A DNA stretch of 64,000 bases from Cellvibrionales bacterium UBA1963 (GCA_002336035.1 DDED01000073.1:3799-67798), one strand, 5' to 3'; counted from the stretch's first letter, positions 10,398-21,504 are shown. A program made the numbers and translations. The notes: generated from the sequence alone by a model not told the origin.

Positions 10398-10637
10398 GGA
10401 AGTTCACTGGGTAAAAAAAGTGTTAGCTTAATATACATCACCTCAATAACGCTTTTATGCTTTGGGTTATTGACGTAATCCGTTTCTTTTTCAGTATTCA
10501 TCGGCCAGGCTCAGCAATTCAATCAGCAAGCACTTGGCCAACACCACAAACCACACTCGCTGCATGAATACAGACATAAAAATAGCTGGCTTACTCTAAT
10601 AAAGCAAATAACTCGCGGCTATATTTATTCACTCATT

Positions 10638-12302
10638 TTACTCTCGTTCAGCATTAATAACAGCACTAAATCGCTGCATATCTGACTGAATACTGGCAAT
10701 GTTACGCGGCCAAGGTCTCAGGCGCTGCAGGCCTCCTGACAGTGTTTCAATGGCTTGTTTTGCCTCATCACGGCCTAAATAAGGGCCGCTGACCACAACA
10801 AACCACGGTTTATCACTATAACGAGTTTCATACACAACTAAAGGCAGCTGTTCGGCATATTCCTCAACCAACTGCACAGCTCGTTTAAGGTTATGGGTCC
10901 CAAAAATTTGCAGGGCATAACCTGTATCTGGCCAATCAGCTATCGTTAATCGTTTGCTAGTCGCTTCAAAACGATCACTATTATTGGTTAAAACTTTGCC
11001 TTCAGCATTACCTTTAGCACGCTCTAAACGGATGTCTTCGGATAAACGTTCTCCAGACGGTGTCAAGTCTGCCGTGGGTGGCTTTTCATTCACCGCGCCA
11101 TTTTGTGCATTTATTGGCGGCTCAGCCATTATGGGTATGCCTTGGGTAAGTGCGTCTAAGCTCGCCCTGACACTATCAGCAGTCTTGGACGAAGAAGGGC
11201 TGTTGCCAACAGCAATCTGCCCCTGATCGTCACGCGGTATGGCACCACTGTTTGCCTCTTTGATCGTAATATCACTACTGCCCACTAAGACAATTGGCTC
11301 CACACTGAAAGGCAACGGTTTATCTACCTCCGAGTTGTAAGTGAAGACGATCACGGCTGTTAGTAAGATCAATACAATTGCGTGGCCCAATGGAAATGGC
11401 TTACGTGAAACCGGTTGATTATCTTTTCCTGCCATCAACATGCTGCGCACCACTTGATGCAATTGCCTCACACTACCCTGACTCCGATATGTTAAGGCCT
11501 GCAACTGCATTTGACTGAGTGGAAAATCGTGTTTAAATCCTACCGCTTCCAGACGATAAAGAACATATTCGTAAACCTCTGACTGATTAAAAGGCGTCAG
11601 TTCGATGCGATTAATCAATAAATTGTGCGTTTCTGCGGCGGCATCCAATAAACTCAGTGCTGGCTGTTGCCCGACTAAAATAGCCGCTAACTGACCCTCT
11701 GCCGCTGCTATTAGCGTAAATACTGAGGCTAACGCCTCGTGACCTAAGTCTTCAATATTATCAATACAAATAAGGGATTGTCGCTCAATCGCCGTATTAC
11801 TCTCAAAAAACGCCAGCAAACTTTGACCCAATAACTCAACATTGATCATGTTGTCATTATCGATATCAATGCCTAAGCCTGCGGCAAGTCTGGTAAAAAC
11901 TTGCGCTGTGGTCATCATTAATTCGGCTCGAATGCTTGCAATATCGACATCACCTTTTAATTCACGCACAGCAGCACTCAAGGTTGCCGTTTTGCCAGCA
12001 CCGGAAGGACCCGTAAGAAAGACAGGCGTGCTGCCATAACGTGAGTAATGCAATAATGATTGAACTGCTTGCTGGCGGCCTGAGCCTGGATAAAATAAAC
12101 CGCTATTATCCTGATCAGAAAAAGGGTCTCGCTCAAACTGATATCTAGTTAGGTAGGCGTTAAATTGAGCACGCTTTTTTTCATCTCTGTACATTTCAGA
12201 TGCTGCTGGTGATGTGGCAGGGATAGCATTACCCGAACCGGAGGAGCGACGTTGATGCAAGTCAACTTGTGCGTCAGATTCTCTATTTATTTTCATCACC
12301 AT
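10638..12302 (-). CDS. ExeA-like AAA+ ATPase, TM segment and C-terminal SPOR domain (DamX-position gene)
   Basis: 554 aa. Walker A GPSGAGKT, a central TM (HAIVLILLTAVIVFTY) and a C-terminal SPOR-like domain (GYALQIFGTHNLKRAVQLV...WFVVVSGPYLGRDEAKQAI). It lies directly downstream of aroB. Confidence 0.75.
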   Translation of the reverse strand: MVMKINRESDAQVDLHQRRSSGSGNAIPATSPAASEMYRDEKKRAQFNAYLTRYQFERDPFSDQDNSGLFYPGSGRQQAVQSLLHYSRYGSTPVFLTGPSGAGKTATLSAAVRELKGDVDIASIRAELMMTTAQVFTRLAAGLGIDIDNDNMINVELLGQSLLAFFESNTAIERQSLICIDNIEDLGHEALASVFTLIAAAEGQLAAILVGQQPALSLLDAAAETHNLLINRIELTPFNQSEVYEYVLYRLEAVGFKHDFPLSQMQLQALTYRSQGSVRQLHQVVRSMLMAGKDNQPVSRKPFPLGHAIVLILLTAVIVFTYNSEVDKPLPFSVEPIVLVGSSDITIKEANSGAIPRDDQGQIAVGNSPSSSKTADSVRASLDALTQGIPIMAEPPINAQNGAVNEKPPTADLTPSGERLSEDIRLERAKGNAEGKVLTNNSDRFEATSKRLTIADWPDTGYALQIFGTHNLKRAVQLVEEYAEQLPLVVYETRYSDKPWFVVVSGPYLGRDEAKQAIETLSGGLQRLRPWPRNIASIQSDMQRFSAVINAERE

Positions 12303-12326
12303 AGAACCAACAGCCAGGAATTATTC

Positions 12327-13415
12327 TTACAAATACTGCTGTAAGGTTTGTTTAAGTAAATCAGTATCAAAATCATTACTGATAAAAGCTTCGCCTATCG
12401 CGCGCAGCAGTACTAAGCGTAACTGACCATCAAGAACTTTTTTGTCCATGCCCATTAACGCCATCATCGCATCGGTATCAGGTAAATTATCAGGTGCTGA
12501 GACGGGTAACCCAGCCGCGGCGATCAAACCAATCGCCCGTCTAAGCTCCGATGCTTTGATGAGCCCTAACCGCATGGAAAGATCGAGGGCCATGATCATC
12601 CCAAAGCCGACAGCTTCACCGTGAAGCCACGTCTTGTATTGGGTGGCTGTCTCAATTGCGTGACCAAATGTATGACCTAAATTAAGAATCGCGCGGATAC
12701 CGCCTTCACGTTCATCTGCTGCTACCACCTTGGCTTTATTTTCACAAGATCGTGCAATAGCGTATTGCAAAACCGCTTGATTCCGGGCCATTAGAGCCGC
12801 TATGTTGTCCTCAAGCCAAACGAAGAAATCAGCGTCACAAATCAAACCGTACTTGATCACCTCCGCTAAACCGGCTTGATACTCACGCGAAGGCAGGGTT
12901 GACAGTGTATCAGTATCAATTAACACCGACGCGGGCTGGTGAAATGCACCGATCATATTCTTACCTAAAGCATGATTCACCCCTGTTTTACCGCCAACGG
13001 ATGAGTCAACTTGGGCAAGCAGCGTTGTAGGTATCTGGATAAACCTAACCCCTCGCTGGTAACATGCAGCAGCGAAACCTGTCATGTCCCCAACAACACC
13101 GCCACCCAGGGCAATCAATGTTGTGCTTCGATTATGGCGCTGATTCAAAAGCGCCTCAAATACGCGCTCAACCGTTGCCAGTTTTTTGTATTGTTCGCCA
13201 TCGGGCAAGATAATGGAATGCGCACTCGGCATTTTAGCGAGCAGTGGCTCTAAGTACAACGGTGCAATCGTTTCATTAGTGACGACCATTAGCTGGCCAG
13301 AGCCAATATGCTGCCGTAACAGGGCGTCGTCTTTTAATAGTCCCTCACCGATGGTGATGGGATAACTTCGCTCGGCCAAGTCGACTTGAAGAGTGATAGA
13401 TGTCACGTTGATCAA
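12327..13415 (-). CDS. aroB: 3-dehydroquinate synthase
   Basis: 362 aa. Motifs [40 protein letters not shown]. Confidence 0.95.
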   Translation of the reverse strand: MINVTSITLQVDLAERSYPITIGEGLLKDDALLRQHIGSGQLMVVTNETIAPLYLEPLLAKMPSAHSIILPDGEQYKKLATVERVFEALLNQRHNRSTTLIALGGGVVGDMTGFAAACYQRGVRFIQIPTTLLAQVDSSVGGKTGVNHALGKNMIGAFHQPASVLIDTDTLSTLPSREYQAGLAEVIKYGLICDADFFVWLEDNIAALMARNQAVLQYAIARSCENKAKVVAADEREGGIRAILNLGHTFGHAIETATQYKTWLHGEAVGFGMIMALDLSMRLGLIKASELRRAIGLIAAAGLPVSAPDNLPDTDAMMALMGMDKKVLDGQLRLVLLRAIGEAFISNDFDTDLLKQTLQQYL

Positions 13416-13568
13416 CCTTTCTCAATGAATATGTGCCATTTAACCATTAACAACGGTAAAATCAAAATATGCGCGATCTTTAAAGAGCTATTTGATCCAT
13501 CCATTGGCCTCTCATCGATTGACCAAACGAGAGCAGACCTTCATCTCAGTGCAGCATTAGGGGGCCAT

Positions 13569-14123
13569 TCATTGTGGCGTGTGACGCGAATTTTTGTTGC
13601 TGCTGTGCAGTAATTCAAGCTCTTTAACAATAGACTGTGCGGTTAAGCGGGGCTTATTATTTTCAGTTGCACAGATAATATCAGCCACTTCTTTATACAA
13701 AGGCTCGCGGATTGTCATCAACGCCTTAAGTGTCTGCTCTGGATCTCCATGATTAAGAAGCGGTCGAGAGCGATCGTTACCCGTCCGTTTGAGCTGCTGA
13801 TTCACACTGGCCTGCAAAAAAACTGAGGTGCCAGACTGGCTTAATAAATGCCTATTATCTTCTCGAACAACAATACCGCCACCTGTAGCAATGACCGCAG
13901 GCGATGCCTGACATATATCACATAACACTTTATGCTCACGATCGCGAAAGCCTTGCTCCCCTTCAACATCAAATATCCAAGGGATATCTGCGCCGCTGCG
14001 CTCTTCTATCTCATGGTCGGTATCAATAAAAGGCAATTGCAATGCATTCGCTAAATAACGCCCAATAGTTGTTTTACCAGCCCCCATTGGACCTATCAGG
14101 AAAATTCTCGTTACGACTGTCAT
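13569..14123 (-). CDS. aroK: Shikimate kinase
   Basis: 184 aa. IFLIGPMGAGKTTIGRYLA...FIDTDHEIE...ATGGG. Confidence 0.95.
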   Translation of the reverse strand: MTVVTRIFLIGPMGAGKTTIGRYLANALQLPFIDTDHEIEERSGADIPWIFDVEGEQGFRDREHKVLCDICQASPAVIATGGGIVVREDNRHLLSQSGTSVFLQASVNQQLKRTGNDRSRPLLNHGDPEQTLKALMTIREPLYKEVADIICATENNKPRLTAQSIVKELELLHSSNKNSRHTPQ

Positions 14124-14186
14124 AAAGCACCGAATTACTTTTGCTAGCTGGTTAAAAGTAGCTATTTATAGCACAAGGCAACTGAA

Positions 14187-15968
14187 TTAGTCTAACACGC
14201 GATCAGTTAATATTTTAGGTGTTATAAAAATAAGTAGCTCATTTTTTTGGTGGCCAACGATGGTTCGTTTAAACAACCGTCCTAGTAAGGGAATATCGCC
14301 TAATAATGGCACTTTGGTCTCTTGCTCCAATTCACTTTCTCTAAATATACCACCTAATACAATTGTCTTGCCGTTGTCGACTAAGGCCTGAGTCCGTATC
14401 TCATTTTTTAAAATAATTGGTACTTGTGAATTATTCTCTCCATAGACTTTATCTTCACTGCGCGAGTCTTGCTTAATCACCAAGTCCAGTATTAACCGAT
14501 TATCAGCGGTGATGGTAGGCCTAACGTTTAAACTTAACACGGCCTCTCTAAACTTGATTGTGGATCGACCACTAGCAGAAGATTCTACATAGGGAATCTC
14601 TTCACCTGATTTTATTTCAGCCTCTTGCTTATCACCAGTGATGATCCTTGGTTGTGAAATAATCTCTCCTCGACCTTCTGCAGCAATAGCGCTTAGTTCA
14701 GCGTTGAGGGCAAAATTATCACTGAGAAAGCCAACCGCAATAGTCTGGGGTTGGCCGATAGCCTCACTCACACCAAGATCAACAAAATTGGCCTCGGGAA
14801 AGCGAAGACTTGCATTACCATTGGCAAAATCGAAGACACTAGTAAGATCATCACCCGAGCCTGACGGGTTAGACAATGACTCAAGACTGCCACCGATACC
14901 AAAGCGATCCCCAGTGCCTTGTTGAGCCGCACCACCGCCCCAGCGAACCCCAATTTGCTGATCAAAGCTATCATTGGCCACAACAATTCTCGCCTCAACC
15001 ATAACCTGCCTAAGGGGAATGTCTATCTGTTCAATAAGCTCGCGAAAGGTAGCTATATTATCTGTTGTATCAGTGACCAAAAGTGCGTTGGTTCTCTGAT
15101 CGACAACTATTCTTCCTCGCGATGATAGAAATGGTGCACTGTCGCTGCCAACGTCAGCGTACGGTTCTAAACTAGCTTGATCACCCAACAATGAATAAAT
15201 GTCATTTGCTGTTGCGTAACGAATGTGTATTATTTCTGTATGCAATGGTGACAAATTCTCTAGCTGCTGACGAGACTCAATTGCCTGTAACTCTCGCTCA
15301 GCAATTTCATTAGCTGGCGCCACCATTAACACATTTCCAACACGGTGCTGGCCAAGGCCTTTGGTTTTTAAGATCAATGCTAAGGCTTGATCCCATGGCA
15401 CATCTTTTAATCTTAAGGTGATGCTACCAGTGACAGAATCTGATGTTACTAAGTTCAAGTCAGTAAAATCTGCAATAATTTGCAGAACAGAGCGAACCTG
15501 AATATCTTGGAAATTCAATGATAAGGGGTCGCCGCTATAAATTGGCTCTATTGTATCGCTCATACCAATATCATTTTTATTTTCAAGAGTAAGTGTAAAT
15601 TGATGCAGAGAAAAAACCGAAGTTAAGGTCGTTGGCGACTCAGTGAAAATTTCAATATTTATGCGGTCATCGACCCTTTTAACGAAAAAATTATTCGCAA
15701 CTGTGTTAAAGTCTTGAACGTTATAATTGTTTGCAAGGCCTTCTTTAAGCTCCGTTGAAGGAAAATCTAAAACAATCGAATATTGATTAACAACAATAGA
15801 AGGCTTCATCACTCGATCAAAAAAGGTAACCACTAAGCTCGGGGTGCCATTGCTTCCCAATTGAAAATTAAGATCTGTTATCTGTCCCGCCTGCACATTC
15901 GATAGTAGAAGGCAGAGAAAGCAAGATAAAAATTGACCCGATACCCGTTTATAAATGCTAATTATCAT
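14187..15968 (-). CDS. pilQ: Type IV pilus secretin
   Basis: 593 aa. AMIN-like N-terminus, then the secretin N-domain (VRSVLQIIADFTDLNLV) and C-terminal secretin core (VPLLGDIPLLGRLF...ELLIFITPKI). Confidence 0.95.
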   Translation of the reverse strand: MIISIYKRVSGQFLSCFLCLLLSNVQAGQITDLNFQLGSNGTPSLVVTFFDRVMKPSIVVNQYSIVLDFPSTELKEGLANNYNVQDFNTVANNFFVKRVDDRINIEIFTESPTTLTSVFSLHQFTLTLENKNDIGMSDTIEPIYSGDPLSLNFQDIQVRSVLQIIADFTDLNLVTSDSVTGSITLRLKDVPWDQALALILKTKGLGQHRVGNVLMVAPANEIAERELQAIESRQQLENLSPLHTEIIHIRYATANDIYSLLGDQASLEPYADVGSDSAPFLSSRGRIVVDQRTNALLVTDTTDNIATFRELIEQIDIPLRQVMVEARIVVANDSFDQQIGVRWGGGAAQQGTGDRFGIGGSLESLSNPSGSGDDLTSVFDFANGNASLRFPEANFVDLGVSEAIGQPQTIAVGFLSDNFALNAELSAIAAEGRGEIISQPRIITGDKQEAEIKSGEEIPYVESSASGRSTIKFREAVLSLNVRPTITADNRLILDLVIKQDSRSEDKVYGENNSQVPIILKNEIRTQALVDNGKTIVLGGIFRESELEQETKVPLLGDIPLLGRLFKRTIVGHQKNELLIFITPKILTDRVLD

Positions 15969-16489
15969 TGTTTAATTACCTGCATTTTTATTGTCCTCAC
16001 TCGATTAGCCCAAGTGTTTTGGCCATTACTAATTATTTCATTAACTTGTAAATACTCATTACTTACATCCGTGACACGGCCATGATTTCGCCCAATAAAT
16101 TGACCCTTTTTTACCTTATGTATTTGGCCGTTACTGGTCATTAATAAAGCCCATTGAATAGAAAATTGACTGATCGTTCCAACCATAGTCATCTTCTCGA
16201 TTTGAATACTTTCTAAGTAATGCTTAGCCCTGTTAAAATCTGGCTTAACCATATCCTGCTCATTATGCGATAGGTTTTTTTCAGGCAGAGAATCAATTGC
16301 AGGCGTAAAAGGCGACCGATAACTAGCAACATCGTATTTAAAAGAGTGATAGCTTTCGGACTTAGGGATATCGATAACTGTTGGTACTGCATCACGACTC
16401 ACTGCGTCAATGAATGCAGCCAAATCTTGATGGTTGTTGCCACCACAAGAAGACAAGAAAACAACCACACAAAGAATAACGCTCCTCAT
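15965..16489 (-). CDS. pilP: Type IV pilus assembly lipoprotein PilP
   Basis: Lipobox MRSVILCVVVFLSSC. I moved the start to the ATG at 16489 (track ORF starts at 16525). Position in pilMNOPQ. Confidence 0.85.
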   Translation of the reverse strand: MRSVILCVVVFLSSCGGNNHQDLAAFIDAVSRDAVPTVIDIPKSESYHSFKYDVASYRSPFTPAIDSLPEKNLSHNEQDMVKPDFNRAKHYLESIQIEKMTMVGTISQFSIQWALLMTSNGQIHKVKKGQFIGRNHGRVTDVSNEYLQVNEIISNGQNTWANRVRTIKMQVIKQ

Positions 16490-16490
16490 G

Positions 16491-17141
16491 TCAACCACCT
16501 GCCATTGCAGAATTTTTTTCAGCAATTTTATAACGGTATGTTTTTGCTAAAATAGTCATCGAAAGCTGGTCAGAACTGTTATCTTCTAAAGATATATCAA
16601 AGTCATGTAGCGTAACAATTCGCGGCAAACTTGAAACTCCACTAACAAAAGCCGCCAAGTCATGATACGAACCTGAAACGTCGATCATAATGGGAAGCTC
16701 AATGAAGAAATCTTTAGGTATTTCATCTTTTAACTCAATTTTTTTGAACACTAAACCGTTATTTACACCCGCATGAGTTATATCTTCAAGCAACGCGGGA
16801 ACTTCAGTCTCTGAGGGAAGCTGGCCAATCAGTCCTTCAAAAATAGTTTGCATTTGAAGGACTTGTTGTTTTAACTTTGTTAGATCAGCAGCCTCTGCGT
16901 ATTTTTTCTGATAATCAATTTTAAGACTTAACTCTTTATTTTTTTCAAAAAGTAATAAGTCAATTTTTTCTTTTAACACTAAAAAACCTGAGGCAGATAA
17001 ACAAATTATAAAAAAAATTGACAGCACCGAGACTCTCAGACCTTTAGGCCAAGAACTAAGGTCATACCAATCAATTGCAGCCATATCAAAATGCCGCAAA
17101 TTTTTTACCCAAATTTGAATCGATAAGAATTGTACTTTCAT
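16491..17141 (-). CDS. pilO: Type IV pilus assembly protein PilO
   Basis: 216 aa. ...PSETEVPALLEDITHAGVNNGL...YHDLAAFVSGVSSLPRIVTLHDF matches the PilO signature. ATGA overlap with pilN. Confidence 0.9.
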   Translation of the reverse strand: MKVQFLSIQIWVKNLRHFDMAAIDWYDLSSWPKGLRVSVLSIFFIICLSASGFLVLKEKIDLLLFEKNKELSLKIDYQKKYAEAADLTKLKQQVLQMQTIFEGLIGQLPSETEVPALLEDITHAGVNNGLVFKKIELKDEIPKDFFIELPIMIDVSGSYHDLAAFVSGVSSLPRIVTLHDFDISLEDNSSDQLSMTILAKTYRYKIAEKNSAMAGG

Positions 17142-17707
17142 GAATCAGGCTCATCTGGCTGATTATTAATTTGATGAACATCAACCTCGAGAACAAAACG
17201 TTTTAAAGGTTGTTGTTGGTCGCTCTCAACGATGGATAGAAGCTCAGCCCCTTGCAGCCACGGTGAGGCGTCTAGCCTTCTCATTAATGAAGAGACCTGA
17301 CCATTGACTGAAGCCAAACCCACGATTGTTAACATCTGTTGCTGCCTTGATAAATTCGTGTAATAAACACCCTCTGGCAACGTTTTAACCAGCTGATCAA
17401 ACACATGAACAACCATAGGTCGATAGCCTTGCAAGGATTGTATAACCTCCATTCGAAAATCTAATTGTTCACGTTGAATCGATATACTTTTAATCTGATT
17501 TATTTTTTTATCTAAAAGTGATACGTGAGTTAATAAATAACCATTTCGTGATACTTGCTTTGATATACGACGCTCAACGTCATAAAACGCTAGCATGCAA
17601 CTGATCATTGATAAAATAAAACATATCACTAGATTTCTTAAGAAATCTTTTCTGACTTTTTCACGGGCATTTTCACGCCACGGTAATAAGTTAATCGTTA
17701 TTGACAC
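17138..17707 (-). CDS. pilN: Type IV pilus assembly protein PilN
   Basis: INLLPWRE motif near the N-terminus. Likely GTG start at 17707, overlapping the pilM stop by 10 nt (track ORF starts at 17734). Confidence 0.85.
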   Translation of the reverse strand: MSITINLLPWRENAREKVRKDFLRNLVICFILSMISCMLAFYDVERRISKQVSRNGYLLTHVSLLDKKINQIKSISIQREQLDFRMEVIQSLQGYRPMVVHVFDQLVKTLPEGVYYTNLSRQQQMLTIVGLASVNGQVSSLMRRLDASPWLQGAELLSIVESDQQQPLKRFVLEVDVHQINNQPDEPDS

Positions 17708-18816
17708 GACAGGCCTCGCATCGCAAGTCCGCATGCAACCATCGACAATGAACCGTTATCGTTTATTGCATGACAGTCTACTGACTCAGCCACTTGCATA
17801 TGAGCCAGTGGATTCGCAACGCTGGTTGGTATTTTAAGCCAATCACCTAGCCAAATTGAAAGCTCGTTAATAGACAAAAAATTACCTGCTAATATAATAC
17901 GGTCAATTTGTTCGTGCTGACTTGAAGACATGAAAAATTGCAAGGCAGCTTGTATGTGCAGAGCAATTTTTTCTTTGTCTTCATTTTTATTATCTTCACC
18001 GACTAATTGAAGCAGTTCATTTTCAGCGCTTTTTACTTTATCGTCTATGGCTCGATCGGTTTCGTTATCATTGACAACGAAAGACCCTTCTTTATGAAAA
18101 ACAGCCGTCTCACCTTTTATCACCGTCAGAGATAAGCCAGAATTACGCTCAAATAAAGCAATGATTTCATTACTTTTGTAGGCATGGTTTTTTTTAATCA
18201 AGGAAAAGGCACGTTCAATATTGTAAATCTTAATATCAACAATGACAGGGTCTAAGCCAATTTTTGTAAGTATATCGACTCTTTCATCAATCATTTCTTT
18301 TCGGCATGCTGCCAATAATATTTCACTGTCTTTATTACCGCCGGTATTGATTGTTGCAAAGTCTATCGACACATCATCCAGCGGATAAGGAATATACTTG
18401 TCTGCATCAGCAAATATTTTTGCTTCCAGATAATCGTCATTCAGATTGGCTGGCATATAAATCGTTTTAGTAATAACTGAAGACCCTGAAACAGCTATTG
18501 CAACTTTTTTGGTTCGAGTGTTTGCCTCTTCAATTAAACTTAATAGCTGCTCGCAAACAATATCAGGATTTTTTATTGCCCCATTCACAATGGCGTTCAT
18601 TGGTAATTTTTTAATTGCATAACTTATGACTGTCAAATCTTGACCGTCTGCATCTAACTCAACCAGCACTATAAACTGGTCATTTATATCGATACCCAGT
18701 AAAGAAGGCGTCTTCCGCAGATTTTTTACCGCACGTTTAATGCCATATGAATTAATAGTGTCTTGTAACGATTGCATTACTATTTTTAAGTTATTGATAT
18801 ACTTCACCATCGTCAC
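17698..18816 (-). CDS. pilM: Type IV pilus assembly ATPase-fold protein PilM
   Basis: 372 aa. Actin-like fold pattern (LLGIDINDQFIVLVEL...) and position in the cluster. The true start may be the internal Met at 18777. Confidence 0.9.
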   Translation of the reverse strand: MTMVKYINNLKIVMQSLQDTINSYGIKRAVKNLRKTPSLLGIDINDQFIVLVELDADGQDLTVISYAIKKLPMNAIVNGAIKNPDIVCEQLLSLIEEANTRTKKVAIAVSGSSVITKTIYMPANLNDDYLEAKIFADADKYIPYPLDDVSIDFATINTGGNKDSEILLAACRKEMIDERVDILTKIGLDPVIVDIKIYNIERAFSLIKKNHAYKSNEIIALFERNSGLSLTVIKGETAVFHKEGSFVVNDNETDRAIDDKVKSAENELLQLVGEDNKNEDKEKIALHIQAALQFFMSSSQHEQIDRIILAGNFLSINELSIWLGDWLKIPTSVANPLAHMQVAESVDCHAINDNGSLSMVACGLAMRGLSCQ

Positions 18817-18981
18817 CCTCCTCTGTTCGTGAATAATTCGCCAAGTTGTTAGATAATGGCTTGCTTTGGAACGTTATTTGCACTTATTTCTGCGATTCGC
18901 TTTTTTTACTTGTTTTCTTCGCTTTCTTTTCGCTATCCTGTCCAATTAATAATTTGTGTCCCCAAGGTCAAACAGACAAAT

Positions 18982-21504
18982 ATGCAAGCACGAAAGTCCA
19001 CATTAAAAACTCTTTTTACATTGATCCTGTTAGTCGCTCTATCTGGCGTCATCATTGTCTGTGCAACATATTTATATCTTAGCCCGAAGTTACCGTCAGT
19101 CGATGTGCTGCAAGAGGCAAAATTTCAAGTACCTTTGCGAATCTATTCACAAAATGGAAAATTAATGGGAGAGTTTGGAGAAAAGCTAAGAACTCCAATA
19201 AAAAAAGAACAAGTGCCCTCTCAATTTATCAACGCTATTTTGTCAGCGGAGGACGATAGATTTTTACAACATCAAGGTGTCGACATGGCAGGATTGTTGC
19301 GAGCCGCATTGCAACTCTTCGCATCTGGTAAGATTCAAAGTGGCGGTAGCACTATTACCATGCAAGTTGCTCGCAATTTTTTCCTTAGCAGTGAGAAAAC
19401 TTTTTTACGGAAATTCAACGAGATTTTTTTGGCCATACAAATAGAACAAAGCCTGTCTAAAGATCAAATTCTTGAGCTTTATATGAATAAAATTTATTTA
19501 GGCAAACGCGCTTATGGAGTTCAAGCTGCGGCACAGGTCTATTATGGGAAGCCGATTAATGAGCTAAATCTAGCGCAATTAGCAATGATTGCCGGCTTAC
19601 CAAAAGCGCCTTCGGCTTATAACCCCATCAACAACCCTCAGCGAGCATTAATACGTCGCAATTGGATTCTAGGCAGGATGAACAAGCTAGGTTTTATATC
19701 CGAGGAGGAGCAGACACTATCTACCTCACAACCAGTCACTGCTCGCTATCATGGCACCACTCTTGAATTAGAGGCCGGTCATGCTGCGGAAATAGCACGT
19801 AATCTTGCAGTAGAAAAACTGGGACGTAATGCGTATACCGATGGCTTTACCATTAAAACAACTATTAATAGTCACCAGCAAATACTGGCTCAACAAGCCG
19901 TCGAAAACGGCTTATACAACTATGATCTAAGGCATGGCCACCGCGGACCTGAGCAAACGTTTCCTTTGGATCAGCGCGAGCAATGGCCATCAATGATCAA
20001 TCAATTACAGACGATCAACGGTCTACGGCCAGCAGTAATCATATCTTTCTCTAACACGCCAAAGCCACCTCAAGCAGTGTCAAACGATGCCCCAGAGCTC
20101 CATAACAATGAAGAACAGTCACCGTCAATTAACCCTCAGAATTACGTACATTTACTCCTTCCTGACAACCAAAATATTGTCTTTCTTTGGAATAAAAAAA
20201 CCAACCCTTTACGAGTCTACATCACAGAAAATAAACGCGGCCCAACGGTAAATAATCTTGCAGAATTATTTAAGCCCGGAGATGTGATCCGAATAAAAAC
20301 CTCGTCTAAAAGCCAAGATTTATTCATAACGCAAATTCCTGATGTCAGCGCCAGTTTAATTGCTATACAACCAAATGAAGGCGCAATTAGCGCATTAATT
20401 GGTGGCTTTGATTTCAGATCAAGTAAGTTTAATCGTGCTACTCAAGCCCATCGCCAAACTGGCTCAAACCTGAAGCCTTTCATATACGCAGCCGCCCTCG
20501 AAAGTGGTTTCACCGCTGCCACTCTTATTAATGATGCTCCCATTGTATTCTCAGATCAACAACTCGAAAGTGATTGGCGACCTCAAAATTCAGGCGGTAC
20601 TTTTTCTGGGCCAACAACCATTCGTCAAGCTTTGTATAAATCTAAAAACTTAGTTTCAATTCGCTTACTGCAAGAGCTGGGTATTGGCAACGCAATACGC
20701 TACTTAGATCGTTTTACGTTCAATGATAGGCCGCTACCAAGAGACTTATCACTAGCATTAGGAAGTTATGCCATGACACCGCTGCAACTAGCCACTGCTT
20801 ATTCAAGCATTGCAAATGGTGGCTACAAAGTAACGCCGTATCTTGTTGATGAGATCCTTGACAGAGATGGAAAAGTGATTTTTAAATCGCCTAGAGTCAA
20901 CACTTGCATCGACTGCTTCAATACACGAATATCAGCCAATGTTGACAACCAAGAATTCAAAGAGGCCGATTCTCTTGACGCTTTATTGAGTGAGAAAGTG
21001 AAGTCCGGTGAGCCAGCTAAAAGAATTATGGATGCACGAGTGGTGTACATTATCGATAGTATTTTAAAAGACGCTATTCAGAAAGGAACAGCAAGAAAAG
21101 CCAAGGTTTTAGGTCGCTCCGATTTGGCAGGAAAAACCGGCACCACAAACGGTCCTACCGATGCCTGGTTTTCTGGCTACCATCCTGATTTAGTCGTCAC
21201 CACATGGCTAGGATTTGATAATAATCAAAATATTGGTACCCGTGAGTATGGTGGCTCAGCAGCTTTGCCTATATGGATAGACTTTATGCGAGGCAATCTC
21301 GACAAGCTTGACCAAACCACAGCTATTCGGCCTAGCGGTATGGTATCCGTGAAGATCGACAGTGAGTCTGGTCTTATAGCAAATGAGCTGTCAAAAAATA
21401 CCCGCTTTGAACTGTTCCTCGAAGAACACTCTCCACAACCAACGTCCACCATATTGCGCGCATCGAAACCTAAAGAAATGCGAATCAATGAAGAATTATT
21501 TTAG
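18982..21504 (+). CDS. mrcA: Penicillin-binding protein 1A (bifunctional transglycosylase/transpeptidase)
   Basis: GT51 motifs (SAEDDRFLQHQGVD, GGSTITMQVARN), transpeptidase SxxK (TGSNLKPF) and KTGT. Start placed at the ATG at 18982 (MQARKSTLKT + TM); the track ORF extends upstream to 18856. Divergent from pilM, as in Pseudomonas. Confidence 0.92.
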   Translation: MQARKSTLKTLFTLILLVALSGVIIVCATYLYLSPKLPSVDVLQEAKFQVPLRIYSQNGKLMGEFGEKLRTPIKKEQVPSQFINAILSAEDDRFLQHQGVDMAGLLRAALQLFASGKIQSGGSTITMQVARNFFLSSEKTFLRKFNEIFLAIQIEQSLSKDQILELYMNKIYLGKRAYGVQAAAQVYYGKPINELNLAQLAMIAGLPKAPSAYNPINNPQRALIRRNWILGRMNKLGFISEEEQTLSTSQPVTARYHGTTLELEAGHAAEIARNLAVEKLGRNAYTDGFTIKTTINSHQQILAQQAVENGLYNYDLRHGHRGPEQTFPLDQREQWPSMINQLQTINGLRPAVIISFSNTPKPPQAVSNDAPELHNNEEQSPSINPQNYVHLLLPDNQNIVFLWNKKTNPLRVYITENKRGPTVNNLAELFKPGDVIRIKTSSKSQDLFITQIPDVSASLIAIQPNEGAISALIGGFDFRSSKFNRATQAHRQTGSNLKPFIYAAALESGFTAATLINDAPIVFSDQQLESDWRPQNSGGTFSGPTTIRQALYKSKNLVSIRLLQELGIGNAIRYLDRFTFNDRPLPRDLSLALGSYAMTPLQLATAYSSIANGGYKVTPYLVDEILDRDGKVIFKSPRVNTCIDCFNTRISANVDNQEFKEADSLDALLSEKVKSGEPAKRIMDARVVYIIDSILKDAIQKGTARKAKVLGRSDLAGKTGTTNGPTDAWFSGYHPDLVVTTWLGFDNNQNIGTREYGGSAALPIWIDFMRGNLDKLDQTTAIRPSGMVSVKIDSESGLIANELSKNTRFELFLEEHSPQPTSTILRASKPKEMRINEELF

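Noticed and set aside
18856-18981. N-terminal extensions in the track ORFs: mrcA from 18856, maeB to 22817, rpmE2 to 23383, priA from 23560, hisI from 35025, the methyltransferase to 39740 and the GFA-like gene from 52239.
   Set aside because: The track takes the longest ORF, including GTG and TTG starts. Internal ATGs with better RBS context and homologue-like N-termini are more plausible, and the extensions have non-protein-like composition.
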